The notes below the pieces were generated by a model. It worked only from the letters and a program-made list of their open reading frames with translations, was not told where the DNA came from and made no database searches. A stretch of DNA of 64,000 nt from the human T2T-CHM13v2.0 reference genome, Homo sapiens. Positions 13,715-28,819 of this stretch are shown here, one piece after another (within the stretch, counting starts at the first letter, position 1; each line of letters opens with the position of its first letter). The translations under genes and the position numbers were made by a program. The stretch lies in assembly GCF_009914755.1 (NCBI RefSeq), contig NC_060944.1. One strand, given 5' to 3'.

Positions 13715-14025
13715 GGAAAGGGCTTAGCAACAATTTTTTTAATTAATTGAAAAAATAAACTAGCACAGACCTTTGGGAAATTAAAAAGTCATAACAGTGC
13801 TCAGTAATCCCACCCCTAGTTTCTCTATTCAATATTCTGATAGCAGAACTATTCCAGTAACAGATAAAATATTATGTATATGGAGGTGTTCAATGCAGCA
13901 TTTCCTATTTTAGAAAAGCGACACTGAAAACAATATAAAATAAATGTCTAATAATGTGGTAACAATGACGTAATTGATGATGCATCAATTCCAAAATTAT
14001 GCAGTCATCAAGAATAACTACATTA

Positions 14026-14480
14026 TGTAAAATGGTGCAGCCACTTTAGAGGGCTCTTTGGCAGTGTCTTATAAAACTAAACATACCTCAGCCCTATGAC
14101 TCAGCAATTCCACTTCTGCATTTCTACCAATGTAAATGAAGACATATGAATCCACACAATGACTTTTACATCAATGTTCATAACAGCTTTATTCATAACA
14201 GCCAAAAACTGAAAGCAATCTAAATGTCTATCAATAGGACAATGGATGAAGAAATGATGATGTATTCATACAGTGCAGTAAAACTCAGGAATATAATAAC
14301 ATGAATAGATCTAAAAAAAGTTGAATGAAAGAAGCCAGACACAAAAGTTATTCCATTCATAACAGGTTACATTCTAAGTTATTCCATTCATACGAGGTTC
14401 TAGAAGGGGCAAATTAGTCTGTGGTGACAGATATTAGAACAGTGATTTACCTCTAGTGGGAAGGTCAGGAACTGGCTTGT
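14026..14480 (+). mobile_element. L1ME 3' region
   Basis: tgtaaaatggtgcagccacttt...cagcaattccact...aaagaagccagacacaaaag. Confidence 0.75.
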
Positions 14481-14504
14481 GATGAAGATACTCTATCTTC
14501 TTTG

Positions 14505-14710
14505 GCAGGATCTACAGCAGCCATCATATGACACTGAGGATCTGCCCAGTAAAAATGTAAAAGTTTCAGTCCTAAAATTGTTGAGCTGGTGAACCAATGC
14601 CGGGATTTCCGTAACTCTTACATAAAAGAAAGTAAAGCCTTATTTGTTCAATCCATTATAGCTGGTAACATTCTGTAAAAGAGGACGCAAAAGGCACCCA
14701 TGACCAATAC
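14505..14710 (+). mobile_element. MLT1 LTR 3' fragment
   Basis: gcagccatc...ttgttgagctggtgaacca...ccttatttgtt...aatac. Confidence 0.45.
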
Positions 14711-15539
14711 TAGATAATACGTATTCAATCATTAGACCCTTTTATGAAAACAAGGGGCGAAAAGTGCTGCGACAATTCCCAGAGAAATTGAAATGGATAT
14801 TTCCTATATAATGCTAAAAGAGCATCAGATATGAAGTAAGAGGGTGTGAGGAGAAGCTGCTAACTACATAATGCTTCAACAGTGAAAAAAACAGTTCTAC
14901 ACAATAACCTTCTAACGATTCCTCATTGTGGACGGGTAGGTGGTTTGTACTTCCAGTCCCTTCAGTATCAGATGTTTATCATATATCAAAATCACACACT
15001 TGATGTTTTTCCTTTGTACTGAAATTTTTAACTTGTTTTCATTCTATTTCAAGAAATATTGATGAATCATTTTGAATTATGCTGTTATGAAGACATTCAT
15101 GTAAATCTGTAGTAACATCATAATTGTATTTAATTATGTATCCATTTATCATTTTCCAAAAGATTAAACCATGCACAAAAATACCCCTCTGTGTTCTTTA
15201 CGGCAGTATTAATAGTTGCATATACCTAGGAGAAAAAGGCAATTTAAATTTTCTCCCATGTTATTTTAGATGTATTTTACTCCTCCTCCTCAAAGTGGGT
15301 ATGAACAGCAACACTTCCCCCAGAACCTCTCGCATATGCTCAAGGAACATTTGCAGGGATTTTATATAGTCCGTCCTCTCTTTGGATATGTTTTTAAAAA
15401 TAAGGAAAAGTTTCATCTTTTAAGGAAGTGCCTTTTATTGACATTCAACTAGTTACTGACAGATTTTTACTGTTCAGTCTCTTAAAAGGGTTTGAAGGAA
15501 TGAGAACTGGGTAGTTGTGTTGCTGGTCATTTTAACGTT

Positions 15540-16900
15540 ATTTTATTTATTTTCTCAGTAGTTAATATACAAGCATTGTACTGCAGTCACAAAATTCAGA
15601 AGGAGGAAATAAGCTAGTCTCCCTCACACCCTCCTTCTCCAGCCATCCTGTGCCCTTCCCCAGATGTAATATTTTCAAATAGTTTAACGTACGTTTCTGT
15701 GCTGATTACTTTTTTTGCTATTTCCAACAATGTTGCTATGAATATTCTTGTCATTGCCCCCAAGTGCACATGATTTCAAGAGTTCTGTAACTCTTGGAGT
15801 ATAACAAGGACTAGAATTTTTGCATTGTATGCTATGAGTATTTTCAGCCTAGCTATGTATAATTAGTTACTGTTTTCCAGATAGTTCTCATTTATCTTCC
15901 CATCAGGAGTGGAGGAGAGCTGTGTGGCTCCACATCCTTGCTCATAACTGTCAGTGTCAAGCTTTTCAATCTGGTGTGTATGAAATCATATTTCACTGTG
16001 ATTAAAATGTGAATGTTCTGGACTAACAAAGTTGAGCATCTTTTCGGATGTTTATTCAGGTTTTCACTTCTATGAAGTATCTTTTCAAGTGTTCTGCACA
16101 TTTGTTTTTCTCTGTTGAGTTTCTTGGATTTTTTCTTATTGACTCATAAAGCATCTCTCATATGCTTTGGATGTAGGTATTTGTCAGTTATATTTTTAAA
16201 TGCCTAAATTGGATGCAGCATTCCCTAACTTCAAGTCTGTCTTATTTTCTAAAGTAAATATTTAAGACCATTTCTTCTTAAGTCTTAACTACATCTTACA
16301 AGCTTTGATACCTAATATATTTGCTATAATCTACTTGTTAATACAGTCTGATTTCCATTATTTCTCCTTTGATCCATGAATTGTTTAGAAGTATGTTTTT
16401 GTATCTATAAAAAAAGGAGTATTCCTTGTAACTTTTTGATTATTTATTTAAACTACATTGCATTATAATCAAAGAATATGTTCAGCATGATACCAATACT
16501 TCAAAATTTGATAAGATTAGCTTTATTACTAAAATGTGGTTAGGTTTTACGAATGCCCACATGTACTTCGACATGTATATTCTCCACTCAATCAAAATAG
16601 TACATTGCACTTTTCAACTATTATATGTCTTTACTGTTGGCCTACAATCACAAGAGTCTGATTTGTCCATTATTAATGAACACTTTCAGTTTTTATATTC
16701 AAGCATTTGGTTTGATCCAGGTTTATTTTTATATAAAGTGTGAAACTAAGTTCAGGCTGTTTTTTTCCCCAGATTCCAGTTGTAACAATAGTTTTTATTG
16801 AATAATTATCTTTTTCATTACCAATTTGTTTTGTCAAGTTTGCTACATACCAAATTGTCTTATTTTTATTTACTTATGGATTTTTATTTTATTTCATTAA
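15540..16900 (-). mobile_element. Degraded old L1M fragments
   Basis: caatgttgctatgaatattcttg, ccacatccttgctca and gttgagcatcttttc antisense L1 motifs. Confidence 0.6.
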
Positions 16901-18762
16901 TCTATTCATGCAAGAATGGGACATTTTTATTAGGTGACAGTAATGAAAATTTAAACTAGGTTTTGATGCAGTGATATACTGATGGACCCAAGGTAGAAAA
17001 TTAAACTAGATTTAGAAGAGAGAATTTAGAAAAATGAATAGGGTCATGGTCTTTTTTGTCTAAAGGAGAGTGTGTGAATAATAAGTGGAAATGAAAAACC
17101 TCAGCAGAGGGAAGTACACATTGTTAACAATTATTCAGACCCATGTAACAAAAGACCGTAATTCTCTGCTCTGTAAAAGAATTATATTAAAGAGACAAAT
17201 GTCACACTAAATGATACTTGCAGGACTTACACAGGTCTCTAGAGAAAAGAGTGAGTATAATTAGTACATGTGTTATGATGTTTTGATTCTAGTCCAAACC
17301 AACTAGATTAAATACATTTACTTTTTGAACAAAAATGGCAAGACATAATTATTACAATTGGAATGTGATAGTAATATATATAATATGTATATCTTAGTGT
17401 GTGTGTATTTATATATGTATGTATGTATTCCTTGTGCCTAAAACACTTCCTGCTAGGAAATTAAGCCAGCCTTCTATATTTGTACTCACAATCTATCCTC
17501 CAAGATATGTAGAGTTGATAAAAATTAATGCTTGCCTACAAAATTTCAGCAATGCTTCTCCTATCTCTGTACCTCCCCTCTGTATACATTTGAAAAATTA
17601 ATCCTGACCATCCCAGGAGGTAGAAAGGAAAGGGTGGTAAAATAAATAGTTCCTTGAGATTTTATAAATTCATCCAGATTAAAATATATATATATATGTA
17701 TATGCACACTTGTCTTGAAAAAGTTGTGATGATGTTATATATCAGAAATAAAAAATTGTTTCCACTCATCCAAAAGTTTAGGACTCACAAATTTTTTTCA
17801 AGCAGAAATAATTTTGTTTCATAAATTTGGTTTAATTTCTTTTGATTACATAAAAAACTAGAAATGGAAATTTATGTATATAGCAATGTAAAAATGATAG
17901 TGAGTTTAATGCTAAAATCTGATCTACTGGGCTCTGTTTAACCTAATACCCAAAGCTTAAGTAATGGTTAAGTTGGGGTTTAGAGGGGCCTATTACCTTC
18001 TTCAGGGCATTGGTATTTTGTTTCCTACCTTAATCTAAAATTAGTGTCTTATTTGCCAGTCTAATATATTTTACAATCAATCTACATTGCCTACCTTTTG
18101 GAGTATTTCTATTTAAATAAAACAAAATGAGCGTTTAAACTGGGAACGTATTAGATTCTTCTGAGCTATTGAGCAGTATCAGATCCTTCAGCAAGAAAGC
18201 TGTTTTATCATTTACTAAGTACCTAGGCACAGCATCACCTTGCCCGTTAAAAGCCCTGTCAGGTACACATTTGGGTTGCTAGGCAGCTGCTGGGGAAGCA
18301 ATCTCTTCCACACATATGGTTTATGCCACCTGGCCTGCATTTCACACCAACCTCCCCAAACTTCCCAGGGAGTTGCAAGAGAGGTCCTCATGTTCCTGTC
18401 TTCACTTTCCATTTCCCTGTCATAAGCACTCCATTTGTTGTCAGCTTTCATTAAGGACATTTCCAGGAGCTAAATATGGTAGATTTCTATTAACTGATTC
18501 TAAAGATTCACATTAAACAGAAATAGAGCAAAACCATAAAGCCATCTGTGGAATTTGAGAGTATGGAGGGGAATATATTAAGATTAAAAGATAATCCCGG
18601 TTACACTTCCATTTTCATGACATTTGATAAAAACACTTTGGAGGAAGGAGAAGAAATGGGCCAGTGAGAGGGAGGAAGAAGAAAGAGACCTGGAAAGGAA
18701 AAAAGGCAGGAAGGCAGATGGAAGGAGAGGTACAGAAGGATGAATGGAAGGAGGAAATGCAA

Positions 18763-20038
<1,276 letters not shown>

Positions 20039-20040
20039 TT

Positions 20041-20269
20041 ATTTTTGAGACAGGATCTCACTCTGTCATCCATGCTGCTGTGCAGTGGTGCAATCACAGC
20101 TCAGTGCAGCCTTGAACTCCTGGGCTCAAGGAACACTCCTAGCCTCCCCAGCAGCTGGGACTACAGGTACAGGCGCTGCCATGCCCGGTTATTCTGGCTT
20201 CAAGCAATTCTCCCACCTCAGCCTCCCAAAGTGCTGGACTTACAGGCAGGAGCCACTGCGCCCCCGGCC
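20041..20269 (-). mobile_element. AluJ with internal deletion
   Basis: Both ends present, central linker missing; TSD tgtgacagacttt at 20028-20040 and 20272-20284. Confidence 0.9.
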
Positions 20270-21489
20270 CTTGTGACAGACTTTTAATGAAACCATTATA
20301 TTTACTTCTTTGACAGCCTGTTACTATGTCAATTCCTCCAGCCACTACAAAACCTGTCCTCATGGTTTAGAGCATTGGCAGTCACTCCCTAAAATTGGAG
20401 TGGAGTGAGGAAGGCAGTTCTGTAGGAGGGGCTTATGGACTCCTTAAGGGCATAGGCTGTTGGAGTCCCTGCTGAGAGATCTCTGCCCTACCTTGTGGAA
20501 CTGGAGTGAAACAACGGGGGCGTTGCTTCCAGCCATCTGGGAGAGAGGATCCAGAGCTTCCCCTCAGAGAGCTGGGATGTTGTCAGCAGGCATCAGACAG
20601 AGCAAAAAGCCATTTTTCTTTATTCTATTCCTGATACAAAGCAACTGAGATATGCGTTTCTCTTTGGAATTGAGGAAGGGAGAATAATGGAGCTTTTGCG
20701 GTGATGGACAGGGAAAAAGTGGGGGAGCAGTTAATTATCCATCTTGACAGGTGTAGACACAGGCTGGGAAGCTGGGTGTGTCTTAATCCCTGCTCCTGAA
20801 CCACCGTGGGGAGCAGGAAGCCTACAGTTTCCTTATATCAGCAAATGCATCATGTTGAAACAATTTTACTGCTTGCTTTCTGAATTTAAATATAGATTTT
20901 CCCTGAGAAGGGCTCAAGCATGCAGATGGTAAGAAAAACAACAGTCTAGAAAGATATCTTCAAGTTCCTTCTCCTGGTTGGTGGAAATAGAGCAATTCTT
21001 TTCCAAAATATAATTTTTAGAGTTTTAAAGTAAAAAAAAAAAAAAAAAGGATAGAGTCAATTTGGAATTTCTTAGCTGACCATTCTATTAGAGCATAGGT
21101 TTTTCAGAAAATAGAGATTATGGGCAAAAAAAAAAAAAAAAAAAAAAAAGGAAAGAAAACTGTTTTAAGTATGATATCTTCAGTGTAATATATAGTTAAC
21201 ATATACTATTTTGTTGTAATTAGAATATGCAATTATTATATATTAAACATATCTACATCTGTAGTAAAATGTGTTGTCCTACATTTCAGAAAACTATAAG
21301 GCTTTTGGGAAAGAAAATTTAGGAGTATACATTAAAAGCCATGTCAATGCCATTCCCTTTAACATAGTAGTTCCATTTCTAAGGGAAAGAAGTTAAAAAA
21401 TTGAATAAACTCACATGCATGAAAATGTTTCAATTATAATCATGAAAAAGGAAATAATATAAGTAACCAGGATAGAGGATTGATTAGGG

Positions 21490-21597
21490 TAGTTGCTCTC
21501 AATTTTGCCCCCCAGTGGACATTTGGCAAAGGACAGCGCCCCTACAACAGAGTTATCCAGCCCAAAATGTGAGTAGCTCCAAGGTTCATAAACTGTA
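21490..21597. mobile_element. MER20 (internally deleted)
   Basis: ttttgccccccagtggacatttggcaa...ttatccagcccaaaatgt. Confidence 0.75.
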
Positions 21598-21748
21598 CAT
21601 TAGTGTAATTAGAGTGTACTGACTCAACAGAAGAATGTGCAGTCTTTAAAGCTCATATTATAAAGGCTAAGCTTCAACATGAAAAATTATTTTGATATAA
21701 TAAAAGAGAAAATAACAGGATGCTATTTCATATATACATTATTATGGT

Positions 21749-21977
21749 CAAAGGTAGTTTTACCATGATGCTGGTGAAACTTTAGTTGCAGGATCTCTCA
21801 CTTACGGAAGCCCTTCAAAGGCCCTTACGGAGGCTGTAACTGTGTTTCATATGGTTATAGGCTTTTGTATAAATTTTTAAACTAAGATTATTTTAATTTT
21901 ATTTTAATATAATATTTTTCTTTTTCCCTCCTGAAGTTATACAAGTTTCAGGCACCACTAAACTTGATTTTCCTTTG
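21749..21977. mobile_element. hAT-Tip100 MITE (MamRep38/MER115-like)
   Basis: Inverted termini caaagg / cctttg and degenerate Tip100-type end motifs. Confidence 0.5.
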
Positions 21978-22365
21978 ACTATCATTTTAAGGAAATGAAA
22001 CTTAATGCACATGATGGAGGAAAAAGAATGTGATGAGAAATTACCAAATAGCTAACTGAAGTCATGTAAGGATGAGGGGATAATGGAGAAACATTTTTCT
22101 CTTCTCTAGTTTCCAGGTGTTTTCCAGAGCTATTATATTAGTTTATAATGAAAGAAATGATTCTTAAGAGAAAGAAAGTTCATGGATATACAAGAAGAAA
22201 AAAAAATTTGGAAAAAAACCACCATGTTAGGCGCCGGATGAGTTTGTTGTGGTTTGAGTTTTGATCTTCTCATGCTGATCTTTCCGGCTTTGTAGTTCTC
22301 TCTCCTCTCGTACTTCTCCATCATTCATGCTTGTGTCCAACCACAGTATTTTACTAAGAGAGCAT

Positions 22366-22826
22366 GTGTTCTAGTGCCCTATTGCTGCAGAGCAAACCAC
22401 CCAAAAAACCTACATAGGCTCTGCTGGGTGGTTCTCACTGGGGGCCTCTCAAACAGTTGCAGCAAGATGGTGGTTGAAGCTGAAGTCATCTGAAGGCTCA
22501 CTGGGCTAGACATCCCAGGTGATCATCACTCACCGGCCCCATATCTCAGTGCTCCTATCTGTAGCATCTCCTGACAGCAGAGTAGCCAGGTCTTCCTACA
22601 TGGCCACTTGGTACTACAAAAGGCAAGAAGAAAGTGCCAGTCCTCTTAACAACTAGATCGAGAACTGAGAGAGAATCCATTTTACCATATTCAGTGGTTC
22701 AACACAATCCCAAGCCAGCACAGATTGAAGGGGATGCAAGGGTAGACTCCTTTGCTGCATGGGGGAATATCATACAGTGCGGCAAAGGAAGGGCTTGATG
22801 GAAGCCTTTGAACACAAGCTACCACA
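22366..22826 (-). mobile_element. MLT1 LTR
   Basis: ctattgctgcagagcaaaccacccaaaa...gtcatctgaaggctcactggg...ctaccaca. Confidence 0.75.
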
Positions 22827-22940
22827 GCAAAGAACATTTGATTTCCAAGATTCCCATAAGGTAGGGAGGGATATGCAATATAGAGCAAGCATCTTCCCTA
22901 GAAATATGCATGTGATAAAAATATCTACCTACAGAGATAT

Positions 22941-23542
22941 TGTTAGCAGTGGAAGTTATTCAAGTTAGTAATGGCAAATTCATACGGGTCTGCAGCAACC
23001 TCAATTCTTGCTTCCTCAGAAGAAAGAATTTGACTGAGGGGCATAAGGCAGAAGACGAGATAGAGGCAAGTTTTAGAGTAGGAGTGAAAGTTTATTAAAA
23101 AGCTTTAGAGCAGAAATGAAAAGAAAGTAAAGTACACTTGGAAGAGGGTCATGTGGACATCTTGGAGGTCCAGTGCACTGTTTGATCCCGGACTTACAGT
23201 TTTTACATGCTGTCCTACTTCCTGCATCTTTTGTCCCTTTTCCGGTGGAATGCCCTCCGAAGGTCATATACCAGTTAAACTTTGCCATTTTGCCTCTTAA
23301 TGTACATGTGTGAGCTCACTCGCCCAACTCCTGAGATCTCATGAGGAAGCTGCGCATCACCAGTTTCAGGTATTTCCTATCTATATAGGGAGACTGCCTT
23401 TCCCTGGTGCTGGCTGCGACCAATTATTATTTTAGAGAGACAGTTAACAGCCACCTGCCCAGGGTCACCTGACTTTCTTGGTGGGGTGTGGGGGGAGCCC
23501 TTTCCTGCCCCGCTCATGCCTGACTAGCTACCTACTGTAACA
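22941..23542 (-). mobile_element. ERV1 solo LTR (LTR9-like)
   Basis: TG...CA termini, about 600 bp; minus strand begins tgttacagtaggtagctagtcaggcatgagc; minus-strand AATAAA near 23090. Confidence 0.8.
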
Positions 23543-24279
23543 CCATGTGTAACACCATGAACACAAAATGAATATTTCTGACAATCAGCTATAGAGTGTA
23601 AAAGCTTTTAAGTAGCACTTTGCCAGTTAGAATGCTCTAAAATGGAGCCTCCTAAAATTCTCCAATATAATAATTTTCTACGGAAATCTATCAGAATAGA
23701 GCAGTGACACCCAGAGGAAATTTGGAAATGTTTAGTAGTATAGTGTTTTATGCATTTTAAAATAAACAATAACTAATATTTTAATTGGAATTTTTTGAGA
23801 AAAGATACAAGCTACTTTCAACTGAAGAAAAGTGTCCCGAGCTAAAAAGACTACCTTTGCATCATCATAGACTGCTTGATAGAACAACTAAGGAAGTAAA
23901 TGAAACGGAACTCACTAGAGGCCACCTGAATCATCAACAAATTAGTCAATCAGAAATGTTGACTAGAGTCCCTCTTTGATGAATAACAAAATTCTTATTC
24001 TGTTTCCAAATGTAAGAATAAATGACCAGGGCTGTTATTTGCTCTAGGGGATTAATATTCTGTACATTCAGTTAATCTTGCTTGTGATTAATCAGCAAAT
24101 AGTCAAGACAATTAAAATATACACATATCTTATGAAATAAAGAGATATTTGCAAATATCAACAAAAAAGGACATTATGTAAAAAATTCACTTATTAGAAG
24201 CATGTCAGTAGGCCACAAATTAACTAACCCTAAGCATTATTTTGCTTTCTTTGTAGCACATTCCCCTTATATGGTACTC

Positions 24280-24571
24280 TTTTCTGGGAAACATGGTCTT
24301 GCTCTGTTGCCCAGGCTGGAGTGCAGTGTTGCAATCATGGCTCACTGCAGGCTCAAGCTCCTGGGCTCAAATGATCCTCCCACCTCAAAAGCTTTTCTAG
24401 TAGCTAGGACCACAGGTTATGCCACACCTGGCTAATCTTTAAAAAATGTTTTGTAGAAATGGAGTCTCCCTATGTTGCCCACCCTTGTCTTGAGCTCCTA
24501 GGCTTAAGTGATCCTCCTGCCTTGGGCTACTAAAGTGTTGGGATTACAGGTATGAGCCACTGTGCCCAGCT
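24280..24571 (-). mobile_element. AluJ
   Basis: Antisense dimer; flanking ggtactctttt repeats. Confidence 0.92.
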
Positions 24572-24668
24572 GATAAGGTACTCTTTTATGTCAGACATAT
24601 TAAACAACCCTATTTATTGATATCAAAGTACAATGCACCAATTCTGTGACCAGAAAATGAGACAATAA

Positions 24669-25009
<341 letters not shown>

Positions 25010-25530
25010 TACAGCTAACTCCTTAACTACCCCTCTCCTTAAAAAAGTAATCAAATATTTTCATCGTGCCCTTAATTCTCATTTTCAGTTTGTCATAGCT
25101 GTAGAATAAATGGAACTTAGGATTAATACAGAACAATTTCTTCAGTTACTTACTCTATATGACAAATGGAACCAGTTATATGAATGCTAAGACCTAGTAT
25201 CTTGAAGACTCTCAAGTAAAAAAATGCTCTGGGGAAAATAATTTAAAACCATTTGTCTCTGGTTTTGACACACTTCAAACAAACTTGTACAATATATTTT
25301 CCCAACCTGAACATATTCATTCATTCAAGGACAGATCAGTCACCCAATGGACATATATTTAGCAATGATTCTATGTGTAATCATGATTCTGGGAACATAG
25401 AATTAAAGATGATTAACAAGTTAAAACGTCTCCCTTTGAGGTCGGGAAATATTCACCTGACTTTACTGTTATACTGTTTTATCCCCCAGTGCCTAATATT
25501 ATGCTTGGAACAGGGTAGATACTTGCCTCT

Positions 25531-25565
25531 TTTCTTTATTTTCTTTCTTTCTTTCTTTCTTTCCT

Positions 25566-25613
<48 letters not shown>

Positions 25614-25731
25614 TTTCTTTTTCCTTCCTTCCTTCCTTCCTTTCTTTTCCTTTCCCTTCCTTTCTTCTTTCTCTTTTTTCTGTCCTCTTTCCTTCCTTCT
25701 TTCCTTCCTTCCTTCCTTCCTTTCTCTCTTC
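25531..25731. repeat. (TTTC)n/(TTCC)n pyrimidine tract
   Basis: Directly visible. Confidence 0.95.
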
Positions 25732-27481
25732 CATTTGTTGTTCTTTGTTTTTTTGTTATTTAAATAAGTAACATTAATAAAACACACTGGTGGAAATAAA
25801 CAGAAGTGAGAACATAAACAGCTTAGGTGACTGGGATTTAAGCATATGGCTTTCTATGTCTTAGCAACCCTCATGTGGTTGGAGGTTGTCAGTCTTATTC
25901 CCCATTTGACCTCCAGTATTAGCCCAGAGGCTGGACAAAAGAAGTAATCAATTAATAATTGATATCAAAATAAATGATTCAGTGTCTTTTCAACATAGGA
26001 CAACACAGTCAGTGAGGCTAACAAGAATGATATCAATTTTTCAAGATGTTAAATGCTACACATTATACTATACTAAAGAAAAAAGAAAGTTTGCATCACT
26101 TTTTTTTCATTTATCTGGAAAATTTATTTATATTGAAGTTCTCATTTAGTTTTGGTGCCTGATGAATGAGCTATTACTTGATATTCTCTTGCTTTCTCAA
26201 TAACCATCTCATCTAGAAAGCAGGGTGGGACTTCTCTTTTTTTTACTTTTCTGACGTGGTGAAGCGTCTATCAGAACATCTTTCCTCTCATTGGCAGCTC
26301 ACTACGGAGCTTGCAAAGGTTCACAGGTGGCTGAAACCCAACCCAGTTGTAAATCACAACATGGGTACATCTTGCATATTTTAGAAGACAGAAAAGAAAA
26401 TACCTTGTCAGCCAGCAATCAGAAGCACATTATATCTCAGAAAGTCTGCCCCTTGTGCCTGTCAGCCTGAATGGGACCTTTCACACAAACCTTCCTGCCA
26501 ATTCACTTAGAGCAGCCAGACAACTCCCTCCCTCCCATCTTTCAAATTACTCCACATGTCTAAGTTTTCCTTTAAAATGTTTCCAAACCACTGGAGCACA
26601 CCTCTCATCACAGACCCCCATTGATGAGAGACAGGATTAAGGTTATGTCAGATATAACTGATGATTAGAGTTATTTCCACCTTCTCCACAGTTGTTGACA
26701 GACAGCAAATAAAGGCAACATTGTTAGACCTACAATTGATCTATTGAAGTTAGGACTTATTTCTTGACTCCTGAAAATACAACCTTCTACCAGGGCTATT
26801 CTAAGCCAGTGATTTAGAGCCCTGATGCCCTGTATTTATTTATTTTTTTTACTAATTTTTCCACTGCTATGCAATGAGGCATATCATTATTATTATTGTA
26901 ACCGCCTGGCTCTCAGTGGCATGTGCACAAACACCCAGAAAGTAAAGGCATACAGAAGCCTCCGTTAACGTTGAGAAGGGACAGACACCATAATTGTTTT
27001 CCACTGTTCCTTCCATTTTAAACAGTGGGGATCTTACCTATGTTAAGCATTTCTAGGTGAAGCATAGACTGCTTAAGAGCTGTATGAGTAGAAATTAGGA
27101 ATTTAGGCTTCAGATCCAACCCCACCTGGGTTGGTATTTGGGTTTCAACATATAGTAGCTTTGTAACTGCTGGTGTGCCACTAATGCTCTCCAAATATTA
27201 AGGAAGGCTTTGAATGCTATTCCAAGATGTTTAGGCTTTCTTCCACAGGCAGAAGAGAGCCTTTGAAAGCCTTGGAGCAGATGAGTAACATAGTAGAAAA
27301 AAATACTTCGAGATAACTTGCAAAGAGGAGTTGTCAATCTCCAGGATTTGCTCAGCTCCATTCTCCTTCTGGGCACATGGAAGTTCTCTGTGTCTGGCAC
27401 TGCATTGGTTCTCCAAATCTCACAAACAGTGCACTGAATGACTGTGATGATTGAATAATTGACCAAGAAACCCAGATAATG

Positions 27482-27540
27482 AAAGGAAGAAAGAGAAAGA
27501 AAGAAAGAAAGAAAGAAAGAAATAAAGAAAGGAAGGAAGA
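27482..27540. repeat. (GAAA)n purine tract
   Basis: Directly visible. Confidence 0.9.
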
Positions 27541-28644
27541 TAGTAATGAAATGTGGGCATGGTTGACTAATGTATGAGAGTTCATCAGATGTATAACTTA
27601 CTTTTCTTTTGAATAATTTGTATTTATTTATTGAGCATTACCTGGATAAAATACATAACTAGTTCCATGCTTCACTTAATGGTTTAATTATCAAGAAGTT
27701 TTGAATCAATACTGACCTGCAAGCAATGTCTCAAATCTGGAAGCTACCAAGAATTCTGAGATCCAAGTTTTCTTTCAAACTTCCCTCCCTTTTGCATTTT
27801 GAAGTGGTAGTACAATTTGGATCAGATAAAGAGGAACAAGGTGGTTTCAGCTAGCTGCAGAACACAGATATGACTTCATTACCCAGCTGTTAGTAATTTT
27901 CCTCCCAGTCGGAGGCAGAATTTTGAATAGACTGAAAACATGTTTGTGCAGGGTTCTAAGATGCTACATGAATTCAGATGTTCATTCATTTAATTCATAT
28001 AATAGCCTCAGATGATATCTTTCTTTCTCACCACAAGGCTATGCTTTGTCTAAATGGCCAGGTAAACATCCCAGAAGTGAGTGGTCCCTGAAGTGGTCCG
28101 TGAACCGATTTCCACGACCGGTTCTTTCCTACGTGTGAACCGTGCTCTGCTGCAATCTACTAGTGCCTCGGGCATTCCTGCGGCCTTTGTCTAAGCAGAA
28201 AGGGTAGAACTTCCTGAACACTAATAAAGGAAACATAAAAGCAGAGGTCAGCTGGAAGATTGGCAATAGGCTAATGAAACTGACAGTCATTTTTGACCAT
28301 TTTAAACAATAAGTTTGTTGCCCCTACATCCTCCACATTAGCTGCCCAGTCTTGTCAAGTGACACACGGGATATTATGTTGAATTTTTAAGGTGCTTCTT
28401 GGCTGTGAATATGGCCTGGGATCTTTCTTTCCTTTTAATAATACTTAGCACATAATTGTTCTGAAATCACATGTTGGAAAAGCTCTTGACTAGAAATGTT
28501 GAGAGCGGGGGAGAAAAAGAACAGCACTTAAGAAAAGAATGGAAAAGTTTCAGTGACATTTGCAAAATTGCTTTTCCTTCTGATTTGGTTGGGAAAATTA
28601 TTTTTCAGACTCTAGGGAATTATTGTTTCTCACACACTTCATAT

Positions 28645-28790
28645 AAGAATATATTTCAAGCCAGAAAGGACCTTAGAGGTGGTGCTCAGTGTCCTTCGTT
28701 CAGATCAGGGAAGGAAACTGAAGCCGAGGGACGTTAATTGAATTGCCTCTGTTGTGGCTGCAAAGTCAGCCAGTGAAAACAAAAATTCTC
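28645..28790 (-). mobile_element. MIR
   Basis: gaaaggaccttagagg...aggaaactgaagcc. Confidence 0.6.
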
Positions 28791-28819
28791 TAGGAAGCCA
28801 GCTTTGTTTCCTTATATTT

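Noticed and set aside
17120-17131. attgttaacaat paired SOX-like palindrome
   Set aside because: 12-bp AT-rich palindromes are common by chance and there is no other support
22133-22324. 63-aa minus-strand ORF (MMEKYERRENY...) with a few CpGs
   Set aside because: No recognisable homology or exon structure, and the length is expected by chance
23785-23979. 64-aa protein-like ORF
   Set aside because: Non-ATG start, no recognisable domain or splice signals
25253-25787. ORFs of 83-172 aa
   Set aside because: Stop-free translation of (TTTC)n/(GAAA)n repeats
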